Below are positions 25,234 to 35,601 of a stretch of 64,000 nucleotides of DNA, in pieces (within the stretch, counting starts at the first letter, position 1; each line of letters opens with the position of its first letter). The notes under the pieces are model-generated. The model saw only the letters and a program-made list of their open reading frames with translations, had not been told where the DNA came from and did no database searches. The DNA is taken from assembly GCA_963731635.1 (NCBI GenBank), contig CAVSWB010000001.1, positions 73,679 to 137,678 of the forward strand, in the 5' to 3' direction. A program made the translations under genes and the position numbers. The stretch is from an uncultured Chloroflexia bacterium (GTDB lineage: Bacteria > Chloroflexota > Limnocylindria > Limnocylindrales > CSP1-4).

Positions 25234-26351
25234 GTCCCGGCGAAAGCGGCCGTGACCGCCTTGAGGTGCTCCTTGATCGGGAGCTGCTGGGGGCAGAGTT
25301 CCTCGCAGTTGCCGCACTCGGTACAGGCAGTCGATCGCTCGTCCGGGGCGATCAGGCCGTAGTCGGATTTGACGAGCGCGTCCTGCATGAACATGAAGTA
25401 CGAGTTGTACATGGCGAAGTTGCGCGGAATGTCCACGCCCGAAGGGCAGGGCATGCAGTATCGGCAAGCCGTGCAGTCGATCATGGTCTCGCCCTTGTAG
25501 GCGACGTCCACCGCGTCGACCAGAGCGCGTTCGGCCGGCGTCAGGCTGTCGGCCGGTGCGCTCGAGGCCGTCCGGATGTTCTCCTCGACCTGCTCGATCG
25601 CGCCCATTCCGGAAAGGATCAGCGATACCTCGGGCTGATCCCAGATCCAGCGCAATGCCCATTCAGCCGGCGTCCGCTGCGCCTCGGCGCCGTCCCAGAG
25701 TGCCTGCACCTTCGGCGGAACGCTCCGGGCAAGGCTCCCGCCTCGCAGGGGCTCCATGACGATGACGTCGAGGCCGTGGGCCTTGGCGTAATGGAGACCC
25801 GCACGCCCCGCCTGGAATTCACGATCCAGGTAGTTGTACTGGATCTGGCAGAACTCCCACGAGCCTTCGTCGACGATCCCCTTGAAGACAGGCAAATCGT
25901 CGTGGAAGGAGAAGCCGGCGTGCCGGATCTTGCCAGCCTTCCTGGCCCGTTCCAGGAATTCGAGGGCGTCGTGGCGCCGGGAGTTCTCCCAGTTGCCGGT
26001 GTTGAGGGCGTGAAGCAGATAGAAATCGATCCGGTCGGTATCGAGCCGGGCGAGCTGAGCGTCGAGGTATCGATCGAAGTCGGCCGGCTCCTTCATCAGC
26101 CAGACCGGCGACTTGGTCGCGATGAAGGTGCGATCTCGATAGCCGTCCTTGAGCGCCCTGCCGACGATGCCTTCGCTCTCGCCGTCGTGATAGACCCAGG
26201 CCGTGTCAAGGTAGTTGACGCCGCTGTCGATGGCGTAGCGCAGCATCCGGATCGCCTGGGGCAGATCCACCGCGCCATCCACGACGGGCAGGCGCATCGC
26301 GCCGAAGCCGAGTTGCGAGACCTTCTCTCCTGCCAGTGAGCGGTAGAGCAT
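25230..26351 (-). CDS. Aldo/keto reductase fused to a C-terminal 4Fe-4S ferredoxin-type domain
   Basis: AKR core (LGFGAMRLP, NYLDTAWVYHDGESE, FYLLHAL, IQYNYLD), then CTACRYCMPCP and CTECGNCEELCP. The start was trimmed to MLYRSL at 26351. Confidence 0.85.
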   Translation of the reverse strand: MLYRSLAGEKVSQLGFGAMRLPVVDGAVDLPQAIRMLRYAIDSGVNYLDTAWVYHDGESEGIVGRALKDGYRDRTFIATKSPVWLMKEPADFDRYLDAQLARLDTDRIDFYLLHALNTGNWENSRRHDALEFLERARKAGKIRHAGFSFHDDLPVFKGIVDEGSWEFCQIQYNYLDREFQAGRAGLHYAKAHGLDVIVMEPLRGGSLARSVPPKVQALWDGAEAQRTPAEWALRWIWDQPEVSLILSGMGAIEQVEENIRTASSAPADSLTPAERALVDAVDVAYKGETMIDCTACRYCMPCPSGVDIPRNFAMYNSYFMFMQDALVKSDYGLIAPDERSTACTECGNCEELCPQQLPIKEHLKAVTAAFAGT

Positions 26352-26911
26352 CAGGCTTCGAGCCCGCCCTCGTCGCGTCCGCCGATTCCGGCACCATCCA
26401 GCAGCCGCAGGATCGCGTAGCCGCCCAGACCCATTATGGCGACGCCCGGGATCCCGAGGCGAAGCGCGTCGAGGCCGGCCGCGACGCTGCCGCCACGGAC
26501 GAGGTCGAACCCGAAACCGGCCAGCTGCATCGAGGCCGCGGCCAGAAGAAGCAGCCACAGATTGAGGCGACCGGCCCTGCGAGCGAGGAGACCGGCGATT
26601 GCCGCGATCAGGACCGACTTGGCCAGGACCGTGAGCAGCATTTCCGCGGATGGCATGCCGGTCAGGGCGTAGTTGAGGACCGGCGAGGCCACGGCCGTCA
26701 GAGCGCCCGCGGCAAAACCGAAGCGATAGCCCGCGACGAGGGTGAAGAAGAAGATCGGCAGGAAGATCAATCCGCCTTGCGGGATCGAGTGGACGGCCAT
26801 TGGCGCGACGACATTTCCGGCGGTGAAGACGGCGACAAAGCCGTACAGGCGCAGGTCGCGCAGGCTCAGAACGGATCGCCCGACGGGAACGGAAGACGCG
26901 GTGACGGTCAC
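26351..26911 (-). CDS. Small integral membrane protein, probably an ECF-transporter S-component-like substrate binder
   Basis: 186 aa with five or six TM segments. GGAG RBS and a GTG start. The stop shares 1 nt with the next start. The family call is tentative. Confidence 0.5.
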   Translation of the reverse strand: MTVTASSVPVGRSVLSLRDLRLYGFVAVFTAGNVVAPMAVHSIPQGGLIFLPIFFFTLVAGYRFGFAAGALTAVASPVLNYALTGMPSAEMLLTVLAKSVLIAAIAGLLARRAGRLNLWLLLLAAASMQLAGFGFDLVRGGSVAAGLDALRLGIPGVAIMGLGGYAILRLLDGAGIGGRDEGGLEA

Positions 26912-26990
26912 GTGAGACTCCTGACAGGGATGTCACATTGTATTCGGCGCGCCGGGGTCAAGCCGGGACCGTGGGACAAACCCGCGGGCG

Positions 26991-28061
26991 TCAGGCCGCC
27001 GTCGCCTCATCGTCGAGGCACGGCGCCGAGCCCAGCTCGTCGTAACGCTTCCAGCGGTAGACGAGCGTCGATACGAGCCAGCTGACGAGGAAGAGGCCGA
27101 CGATCGCGCCCCCGAGCAGACCCATGTCGAGCCTCCCGGCAAAACCCCAGATGCCGCCCGACAGACCCAGCTCGGAGCCGATCACGTTCAACGCCTCGAT
27201 GCCGCCGATCACGAAGGCGATCAGGACGGACACCAGGGTGATGTTCAGGTTGTAGTAGAGCTTCCGGATCGGCTTTACGTAGGCCCAGCCGTAAGCCCCC
27301 AGCATCAGCACGCCGTCGGTCGCATCCACGAGGGACATGCCTGCGGCGAACACGGCCGGGAGCAGCAGGATGTACCAGACCGGCACGTGCGAGGCTCCCG
27401 AGGTGGCCGCCAGCCCGAGCAAGGCGACCTCGGAGGCGGTGTCGAAGCCCAGCCCGAACAGAACGCCGAGCGGGTACATGTGCCAGCTCTTGCTGATCAT
27501 CCGGAGTGCGGGGCGGAAGAATTGCGCCAGCAGCCCGCGGTTGGACAGGTAGTCCTCGAGCGACTGCTCGTCGTACGCGCCGCCCGCCGAGACCTTGCGG
27601 AACATCTTGTAGATGTCGAACAGCACCACCAGGTTGATCACGCCGATCATGAGCAGGAAGCTCGCGGACACGGCCGTCCCGATCAGCCCACCGGCGGATC
27701 GGAGCGTGGGCACGTCGCTCACCAGAGCCGCCGAGGCGGCGATGACGACCGACAGGGCCACTACGATCGTGGAGTGGCCGAGCGAGAAAAAGAGGCCGAC
27801 TGCCACAGGCCGGCGACCGTCCTGCATCAGCTTGCGCGTGGAGTTGTCGATGGCCGCGATGTGATCCGCATCGACCGCATGTCGAAGCCCGAACGTGTAG
27901 GCGAGGAACGCGGTCGGAAGCAGGATCGGATACGACGACGAAGCAAGAAGGACGAGACCCCAGGCCGCCACATTGAACACGAGCAGGAAGCCATAGAGTC
28001 GAACGAGCCGATGCCTCAGGTCCGGCGAACCGCGTGAGAGCCGATGTGCCGTGAAGATCAA
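26991..28061 (-). CDS. NiCoT (HoxN/HupN/NixA) family nickel/cobalt transporter
   Basis: Signature RHAVDADHIAAIDN, FFSLGHSTIV and LGFDTASEVALL, with 8 TM-like segments. Confidence 0.9.
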   Translation of the reverse strand: MIFTAHRLSRGSPDLRHRLVRLYGFLLVFNVAAWGLVLLASSSYPILLPTAFLAYTFGLRHAVDADHIAAIDNSTRKLMQDGRRPVAVGLFFSLGHSTIVVALSVVIAASAALVSDVPTLRSAGGLIGTAVSASFLLMIGVINLVVLFDIYKMFRKVSAGGAYDEQSLEDYLSNRGLLAQFFRPALRMISKSWHMYPLGVLFGLGFDTASEVALLGLAATSGASHVPVWYILLLPAVFAAGMSLVDATDGVLMLGAYGWAYVKPIRKLYYNLNITLVSVLIAFVIGGIEALNVIGSELGLSGGIWGFAGRLDMGLLGGAIVGLFLVSWLVSTLVYRWKRYDELGSAPCLDDEATAA

Positions 28062-28142
28062 GGTTCTTTCGCCATAGCAGGTGCGGACGGCGAGACCGTT
28101 GGGGCCGGCCTCGGCTCCAATCTATACTGCGTCCGTGAGTAT

Positions 28143-28162
28143 TTGCCACACATTGCAGTTGC
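28143..28162. promoter_or_regulatory. Candidate Fur/Nur-type operator in the divergent NiCoT-fur intergenic region
   Basis: TTGCCACACATTGCAGTTGC has repeated TTGC(C/A)A-like half-sites in the most AT-rich part of the 125-bp spacer. It resembles, but does not match exactly, the TTGCAA-N5-TTGCAA Nur-box I remember. Confidence 0.3.
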
Positions 28163-28186
28163 GTTCCGCATCGTGAGAAGCCGGAC

Positions 28187-28657
28187 ATGACCTCCGTCAA
28201 GCGCGCACCCGCCGACCGGCCGTCGGATCCATGGTCGGGCGTGCCCGAGTGGCTTCGCGCGCGCGGCCTTCGATGGACCCCGCAGCGGCGCCTCCTGATC
28301 GAGGTCCTCTCCGGCATCGACGGTCACGTTACCGGCGCGGATCTGATCGAACGCTGCCGCAAGCTGGATCCGGAGACCATCCCCTCGACGGTCTATCGCA
28401 CCCTTGACGTTCTCGAGGAAATCGGCCTGGTCCGCCATGGCCACGGAGCCGACGGCCGAGAGGAATACCACATCCTGCCGGTAGTCGAGCACGGTCACCT
28501 CTACTGCGGCAGCTGCGGGGCAGTGGAAGAAATCTCCGAAGATGAGGTGGCCTCGGTAGGCGAGCTGTTCGGTTCGCGCCATGGCTTCGCCGTCGACGGG
28601 TCTCATATCACCATTGTGGGCCGCTGCCGGGCTTGCCGGGACGTGGCGCAGGCATAG
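28187..28657 (+). CDS. Fur-family metalloregulator (Nur-like by context)
   Basis: RWTPQRRLLIEVLSGIDGHVTGADLIERC...STVYRTLDVLEEIGLV...HGH..., then CGSCG ... CRAC zinc-site pairs. Confidence 0.85.
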   Translation: MTSVKRAPADRPSDPWSGVPEWLRARGLRWTPQRRLLIEVLSGIDGHVTGADLIERCRKLDPETIPSTVYRTLDVLEEIGLVRHGHGADGREEYHILPVVEHGHLYCGSCGAVEEISEDEVASVGELFGSRHGFAVDGSHITIVGRCRACRDVAQA

Positions 28658-28677
28658 AGGCCGCTCTCCGGATAGTG

Positions 28678-29628
28678 CTAGCGCAATCCCCGGAACCGAT
28701 TGGTTGCCTCTATCAGTCGATCCGCGATCCCCGGTTCGAACGCGGCGTGGCCGGCGTCCGGCACCACCTCGAATGCCGCGTCGGGCCAGGCGCGATGGAG
28801 GTCCCACGCGCTGGTCATCGGACAGCACATGTCGTAGCGCCCCTGGACGATGACCGCAGGGATGTGCCGGATCGAGTCGACGCCGTCGAGCAACTGATCG
28901 GGCCGGCGGAAGAAACCGCCGTTCACGAAGTAGTGGGATTCGATCCGAGCCAGGTTGTCGGCATGCGCGGGGCCGCCCAAATCGGCGATCGTCTCTGTGT
29001 CGGGGAGCAGCGTGATGGTGGTCGCTTCCCAGGTAGACCAGGCCTGGCCGGCAGCGCGGCGAACCTCGGCGTCGTCACCGGTCAGCCGGCGGTAGTAGGC
29101 GTGCAGCAGGTCGGCCCGCTCGTTCTGCGGGATCGGGGACAGGAAGGACTCCCAGGCGTCCGGGAAGACGAAATTCGCGCCTTCCTGATAGAACCACCGC
29201 AGCTCGTGTTGCCGGAGCAGGAAGATGCCGCGCAGGACGAGCGCAGACACCCGGTCCGGGTGCGCCTCGGCACAGGAGAGAGCGAGGGTGCTGCCCCAGG
29301 AGCCGCCGAAGACGACCCAGCGTTCGATGCCAAGATGGATCCGGATCTTCTCGATGTCCTCGACGAGGTCCCAGGTCGTGTTCTGCTCGAGAGCTGCGGC
29401 GGGCGTGCTCCGGCCACAGCCGCGCTGGTCGAACAGGACGATCCGGTACGTTTCGGGGTCGAAGAACTGCCGATGCTTCGGCGTCGTGCCGGCACCCGGC
29501 CCACCGTGTAGGAAGACGACCGGCTGGCCGTCGGGTCGACCGCTCTGCTCGAGATGAAGCTCGTGCAGATTGGAGACTTTCAGGCGCTCTGTTCGAAACG
29601 GTTCGATCGGGGGGTAGAGGTCATGCAT
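28678..29628 (-). CDS. pip: Prolyl aminopeptidase (proline iminopeptidase)
   Basis: YPPIEPF...LHGGPGAG...FDQRGCGRSTP...GGSWGSTLAL. The start was trimmed to MHDLYP at 29628. Confidence 0.9.
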   Translation of the reverse strand: MHDLYPPIEPFRTERLKVSNLHELHLEQSGRPDGQPVVFLHGGPGAGTTPKHRQFFDPETYRIVLFDQRGCGRSTPAAALEQNTTWDLVEDIEKIRIHLGIERWVVFGGSWGSTLALSCAEAHPDRVSALVLRGIFLLRQHELRWFYQEGANFVFPDAWESFLSPIPQNERADLLHAYYRRLTGDDAEVRRAAGQAWSTWEATTITLLPDTETIADLGGPAHADNLARIESHYFVNGGFFRRPDQLLDGVDSIRHIPAVIVQGRYDMCCPMTSAWDLHRAWPDAAFEVVPDAGHAAFEPGIADRLIEATNRFRGLR

Positions 29629-29740
29629 GGTCACCAAGTCTAGCCGCCGGCGTGCGAGCGACGCCGCGGGGCTGCATCTCCGCCCCCGGCGCCGGCTCCC
29701 GCGCCGCTCCCCCGGCAGCGCCCCCACCTCTCCCTCGCGA

Positions 29741-31324
<1,584 letters not shown>

Positions 31325-31559
31325 TCAGCTCCTCCTCATGCGGATGCGGCGCGCAGCCATAACAAGACGGCGCCACTCAGCTCGGGGAGGGTACGGATCG
31401 CAGCTTCTGCGCGGTAGGGTCGCGCGTTGTATGAGGTCGGGCCGAATCGATCTTGCAAATTCGAAACTGCGGCTGGTTCAATACATTCAACGCGAAACGC
31501 TCCCGGCGCCCGGCCAAATGGTCGGGCGTTTCTGTTTGGCCGCGGCCTAGACTTCGCGA

Positions 31560-32153
31560 ATGGACGATAGAGAACGCATACGGCGGGGGCTGCTGTTCAC
31601 CGACATGACCGGCGGATTGCCCGAGGAACGTCTTCGCGGCAAAGAGCTGGCTGCCGACTTCAATCTCACTCGGCCGTCGGAGGTTCGGCGACGTGCGGAG
31701 TTGATGAGTCGGATGTTCGGCGCCATCGGTGAACGATGCTGGATAGAGCCGCCGATCCACTTCGCCTACGGCTCAAACATCTTCTTCGGCAGCGGCTGCT
31801 ACGTGAACTTCAACCTGACCGTCCTCGACGACACCACCGTGACCTTCGGCGACAACGTCTTGATCGCGCCCAACGTCACGATTTCGTCGGTGGGGCACCC
31901 GGTCCATCCCGAGCTTCGTCCGCACGGCGAAATGTATGCGTTTTCCGTGACGATATGCAGCGGCGTGTGGCTCGGAGTCGGCGTTATCGTCAACCCGGGA
32001 GTCACGATCGGCGAGAACAGCGTGATCGGCGCCGGCAGCGTGGTCACGAAGGACATCCCCGCCAATGTGGTCGCGGTGGGCAATCCGTGCCGGGTCCTGC
32101 GCGCAATCACCGAGCACGACCGGGAGTTCTACTACCGCGACCTGCACGTCTGA
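31560..32153 (+). CDS. Maltose/galactoside O-acetyltransferase-like hexapeptide-repeat acetyltransferase
   Basis: N-terminal Mac domain (RIRRGLLFTD...) followed by left-handed beta-helix hexapeptides ending VIGAGSVVTKDIPANVVAVGNPCRVLR. Confidence 0.85.
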   Translation: MDDRERIRRGLLFTDMTGGLPEERLRGKELAADFNLTRPSEVRRRAELMSRMFGAIGERCWIEPPIHFAYGSNIFFGSGCYVNFNLTVLDDTTVTFGDNVLIAPNVTISSVGHPVHPELRPHGEMYAFSVTICSGVWLGVGVIVNPGVTIGENSVIGAGSVVTKDIPANVVAVGNPCRVLRAITEHDREFYYRDLHV

Positions 32154-32367
32154 AACCTCGGTTTCGTTCCCGAATCCGACTCGCCCCGGGCGCGACGATC
32201 GGGTGGCTGCGTGGGAGTTGCGCGAGGAGCGCCTCGATGGCGAGCCGGCGAGCCCAGGCCAACCCCGCAGGTAGACTCGCGGCGTCTCGTGCGGCCCGAG
32301 TGGCTACCTGGTCGAGTATCGGCCGGCTGCTTCGCGCAGGAGAACGATCCGGATCGGACACAGCGGC

Positions 32368-33024
32368 GTGGGCAAACGGGCCCGGAACAGTTCAAAGGTC
32401 GGCACAAGGGTCGGCGCGGCGGCGAAGCCGACTCAGCCGCGCAATGCGGCCGTCGGCAGACGCTGGAGGCTGGGCATCGTCGCCGGCGCCGTGATCCTCG
32501 TGGCTTCCGCACTGGCCGTCGCGGCGATCGCTTTTGCCGCCGCCTTCACGTCGGTCGGCACCGGCGGACTTCCCCCCGGCACTCAGGTCTTCGCCGAGAA
32601 CGACCACACCCACGTAACCGGACCGGTCACCTACGACCGGGTGCCGCCGGCCGGCGGGCCGCACAATCCCGTTCAGTTGAACTGCGGCGTTTACACCCAG
32701 GCGGTCCCGAACGAGAACGCCGTCCACTCACTCGAGCACGGCGCGGTCTGGATCACGTACCAGCCGACGCTGCCGCCCGACCAGCTCGCCAGCCTCCAGC
32801 AGCTTGTCGTCTCCTCATACGTTGGAACCCAGCGATACCTGATTTTGAGCCCGTACGCGGGCATCCGGTCGCCGATCGTTGCCAGCGCCTGGGGCGCCCA
32901 GCTGAACGTCAGCTCGCCTTCGGATCCGGGCCTGCTCGAGTTCATCCAGCATTACGCGGGCGGCGCGCAGGGAGGCGAGCCGGGTGGGCCCTGTACCGGA
33001 GGAGTGGGCAGCCCCGTAGAGTGA
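32368..33024 (+). CDS. DUF3105-domain membrane-anchored protein
   Basis: TM anchor, then YDRVPPAGGPHNP...NAVHSLEHGAVWITYQP...ASAWG is typical of DUF3105. Confidence 0.75.
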   Translation: MGKRARNSSKVGTRVGAAAKPTQPRNAAVGRRWRLGIVAGAVILVASALAVAAIAFAAAFTSVGTGGLPPGTQVFAENDHTHVTGPVTYDRVPPAGGPHNPVQLNCGVYTQAVPNENAVHSLEHGAVWITYQPTLPPDQLASLQQLVVSSYVGTQRYLILSPYAGIRSPIVASAWGAQLNVSSPSDPGLLEFIQHYAGGAQGGEPGGPCTGGVGSPVE

Positions 33025-33030
33025 TCGCGA

Positions 33031-33345
33031 TCAGTCCCCAGGCGAGGGAGGCGTTGCAGCCTGGGGCGGACCGACCAGCTCGTAGGTCACTTTGAGATAG
33101 CGGACGCCGAAGGCCGGGTGCTCGTACTCGCGGGTCGAGACGATCCGGTAGCCCTGTTTCGCCATCTCGACGGCGTCCTTCTCCATGTGCTCGACGACAC
33201 GCGCCTGCGAGGCAAGCTCGCCCTTCACGCCCTGACCGCCCAGCAGGAAGAATGACGCTATCGGGCTCGCCAAGCCCAGCATGCTGTCGCGCCCGTACTG
33301 CTTGACGACGATCCGCTTCGGCTGGGTTTTCCGCAGGAATCTCAT
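33031..33345 (-). CDS. Hypothetical small protein (104 aa)
   Basis: ORF with a plausible start, MRFLRKTQPK. No recognised motif. Coding status is moderately supported by composition only. Confidence 0.4.
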   Translation of the reverse strand: MRFLRKTQPKRIVVKQYGRDSMLGLASPIASFFLLGGQGVKGELASQARVVEHMEKDAVEMAKQGYRIVSTREYEHPAFGVRYLKVTYELVGPPQAATPPSPGD

Positions 33346-33438
33346 CGCGCACCAGGTTCTGTCATTGCCGCAACGCGTTGGCCAGATTATCGTCGCTTGG
33401 ATGCGAAACTGGGTCGAATCTAACAATCGAGGCACAAG

Positions 33439-33930
33439 ATGACCACGACCGACATCCTGCGCGAGCAGCTGCTTGCCGTCCTCGAGGGACACGGCGCCCA
33501 CATGCCGTTCGATGCCGCCGTGGCCGACTTTCCGGACGAGGCGATCAACCGCCGACCGCCCAACGTTTCGTACACCCCCTGGCACCTGCTCGAGCACATC
33601 CGGATCGCCCAATACGACATGCTCGACTACATCCGGAACCGGGAATACCTCGCTCCGGCGTGGCCCGAGGAATACTGGCCGGCACCCAACGCCACGGCCA
33701 CGCCAGAGCAGTTCGCTGCGAGCGTCGCCGCTTTCCGGGCCGACCGGGCGGCGCTCCACGCCCTGGTGGCCGATCCCCTGACCGACCTGCTCGCGACCAT
33801 CGCCAACACTCCGGGCCACACCATCCTGCGCGAGGTCCGACTGATCGGCGACCACAACGCCTATCACGTGGGCGAGTTCGCGATCCTCCGGCAGGTCATG
33901 GGAACCTGGCCGCCGGACCGTCAGCAATAG
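33439..33930 (+). CDS. DinB-family (DinB_2) protein
   Basis: Four-helix-bundle pattern with His residues: WHLLEHIRIAQ ... GDHNAYHVGEFAILRQ. Confidence 0.8.
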   Translation: MTTTDILREQLLAVLEGHGAHMPFDAAVADFPDEAINRRPPNVSYTPWHLLEHIRIAQYDMLDYIRNREYLAPAWPEEYWPAPNATATPEQFAASVAAFRADRAALHALVADPLTDLLATIANTPGHTILREVRLIGDHNAYHVGEFAILRQVMGTWPPDRQQ

Positions 33931-33980
33931 GCTGGCAGGCGGTCCTCGCGCGAGCCGTCGGGACGAGCGACGCGAAGGTA

Positions 33981-34787
33981 CTAGGCCTCGTCAAGGAACG
34001 ACGCCACGGTCGCCGCCAGCGCGGGTGCAACGTCGATGTCGTAGTGAGTCAGCCGGGGCAGGATCGCGAGGGCGTGCCTGGTCATTCCCGAGCGATCCCA
34101 GACTGCATCTCGCCTGCCACCGCCGAGGAGTTCGAAGAACTCCACCGCATGGCTGGGCGGGAGGCCGTCGGCGTCTCCGACGACGATCATCACCGGCATC
34201 GGCAGCCGTCGAACTTCGTCGGCCCAGTCGTAGTCGAGCTTTAGCATCGTCGTCACCTGGGTGATCAGTGTCGGCCAGTCTTCGACCTGCGGCGCAATCG
34301 TGCGATACGTCTGGTACATCGGCGTCTGCTTGAACGGCTCCGCGATCTCCGGGCCCATCTGATCGAAGCCCGCCACCATCTCGGGATGCCAGCCGCTGCG
34401 TTTGAACGGAGTCGAGACGACGACGAGCCGGCGAACGGACTCCGGATGCTGGATCGCGGTCCGGAGCGCCACTCCCCCGCCGAGCGAGAAGCCCATGACG
34501 TCGGCTCGTTCGTGCCCGAGATGGCGAATCAGGGCCGCCACGTCGTCGGCCATCGTCTCGAACTGCATCGGACGATCGACCGCCGGCGTCCGCCCATGCG
34601 ATTGCAGGTCGACGCCGATCACCTGCCGGCCTGCGGCCAGAGCGTCCGTATTCGGGCCGAACATCTCGTACGAACCGAACCCGCCATGCAGCAAGACGAG
34701 CGGTTTGCCGCTGCCGGAAATGCGGTAGGCCAGGTCGATCCCGTTCACGTGGGCGAGGCCCGAACTGGTGCCTGCGATCGCGGCCAT
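33981..34787 (-). CDS. Alpha/beta hydrolase
   Basis: LVLLHGGFGS, the nucleophile elbow GFSLGG, and a C-terminal His region. The start was trimmed to MAAIAG at 34787. Confidence 0.85.
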   Translation of the reverse strand: MAAIAGTSSGLAHVNGIDLAYRISGSGKPLVLLHGGFGSYEMFGPNTDALAAGRQVIGVDLQSHGRTPAVDRPMQFETMADDVAALIRHLGHERADVMGFSLGGGVALRTAIQHPESVRRLVVVSTPFKRSGWHPEMVAGFDQMGPEIAEPFKQTPMYQTYRTIAPQVEDWPTLITQVTTMLKLDYDWADEVRRLPMPVMIVVGDADGLPPSHAVEFFELLGGGRRDAVWDRSGMTRHALAILPRLTHYDIDVAPALAATVASFLDEA

Positions 34788-34914
34788 GAACGCTCCTTTG
34801 CTGGGGCTTCGGAATGTGGCACCGCGAGCATCGGACGCCGGGCGCCTTCCGGCCGGCAGGCATCGCGCTCGGCCCACGCAGGAGAACGATCAACGAGCGT
34901 GAACGGCGGCGAGA

Positions 34915-35148
34915 TCAATGCCCCGGTGCCCAGTGGGACGGCGGGACGGTGTGCCTGAAGCCGCTCAGGCCGCGCTCGCCTTCGGGCATTTCGGCGGCGT
35001 CCAGCCCGGCCGGCCGGCCGTTTTTGCGGTCGCCGATCCATTCGTACTTGTTCCAGTGAGGCAGGCCGTCACGGTCCGTCTTGCGGTTCTCGGACGCCCA
35101 TTCCACGCCGATCCAATCCTGATATCTCGTTCTCGTTTCGCCGTACAT
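34915..35148 (-). CDS. Hypothetical small protein (77 aa)
   Basis: AGGAG RBS lies 7 nt upstream of the ATG at 35148. The sequence is Trp-rich (YQDWIGVEWASENRKTDRDGLPHWNKYEWIGDRK). No family was recognised. Confidence 0.45.
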   Translation of the reverse strand: MYGETRTRYQDWIGVEWASENRKTDRDGLPHWNKYEWIGDRKNGRPAGLDAAEMPEGERGLSGFRHTVPPSHWAPGH

Positions 35149-35262
35149 CGTGCGGCTCCTTTCTCCGACCGGGGAGGCCGCCCGCTTCCTTGAACCAGGC
35201 CCCGGCACTCTCCAAGAATGCCGCCGGAGTCCTAACACGTCAGCGACTTATGAGGCGCCGGC

Positions 35263-35280
35263 ATGTGACTCTCGTCACAT
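35263..35280. promoter_or_regulatory. Perfect 7-bp-arm inverted repeat ATGTGAC-TCTC-GTCACAT in a 450-bp non-coding stretch
   Basis: Read directly from the sequence. It lies about 115 nt upstream of the small ORF at 34915-35148 (minus strand). Confidence 0.35.
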
Positions 35281-35601
35281 CGGGCCGCCACTAGCTGCCG
35301 CGCTCCTACCCCGCCGAAAAGCCGCCGAGCGCGAAGGCGCCGAACCGCGGTGCCGCCAAAGTCGCCACCGTCGACTCGCCGCACGGATCGGCCCCGACCG
35401 GTCCGCGAACAGATTCCCGCGGGCAACGAAACTGGCGCCATGCCGAGCCGGGCCCAGCCCCGGACAGCCCGACGATCGGCCTGAGGCCGGCCACGGTCAG
35501 CCCTTCCGGTGACCCACCGGCGGAAGGCCACCGCCCAGGACGACCCCGCGACCAATTCGATCCCGCATGAAGCTCGGGCTTGGACTGGAAAGGATCGCGA
35601 C

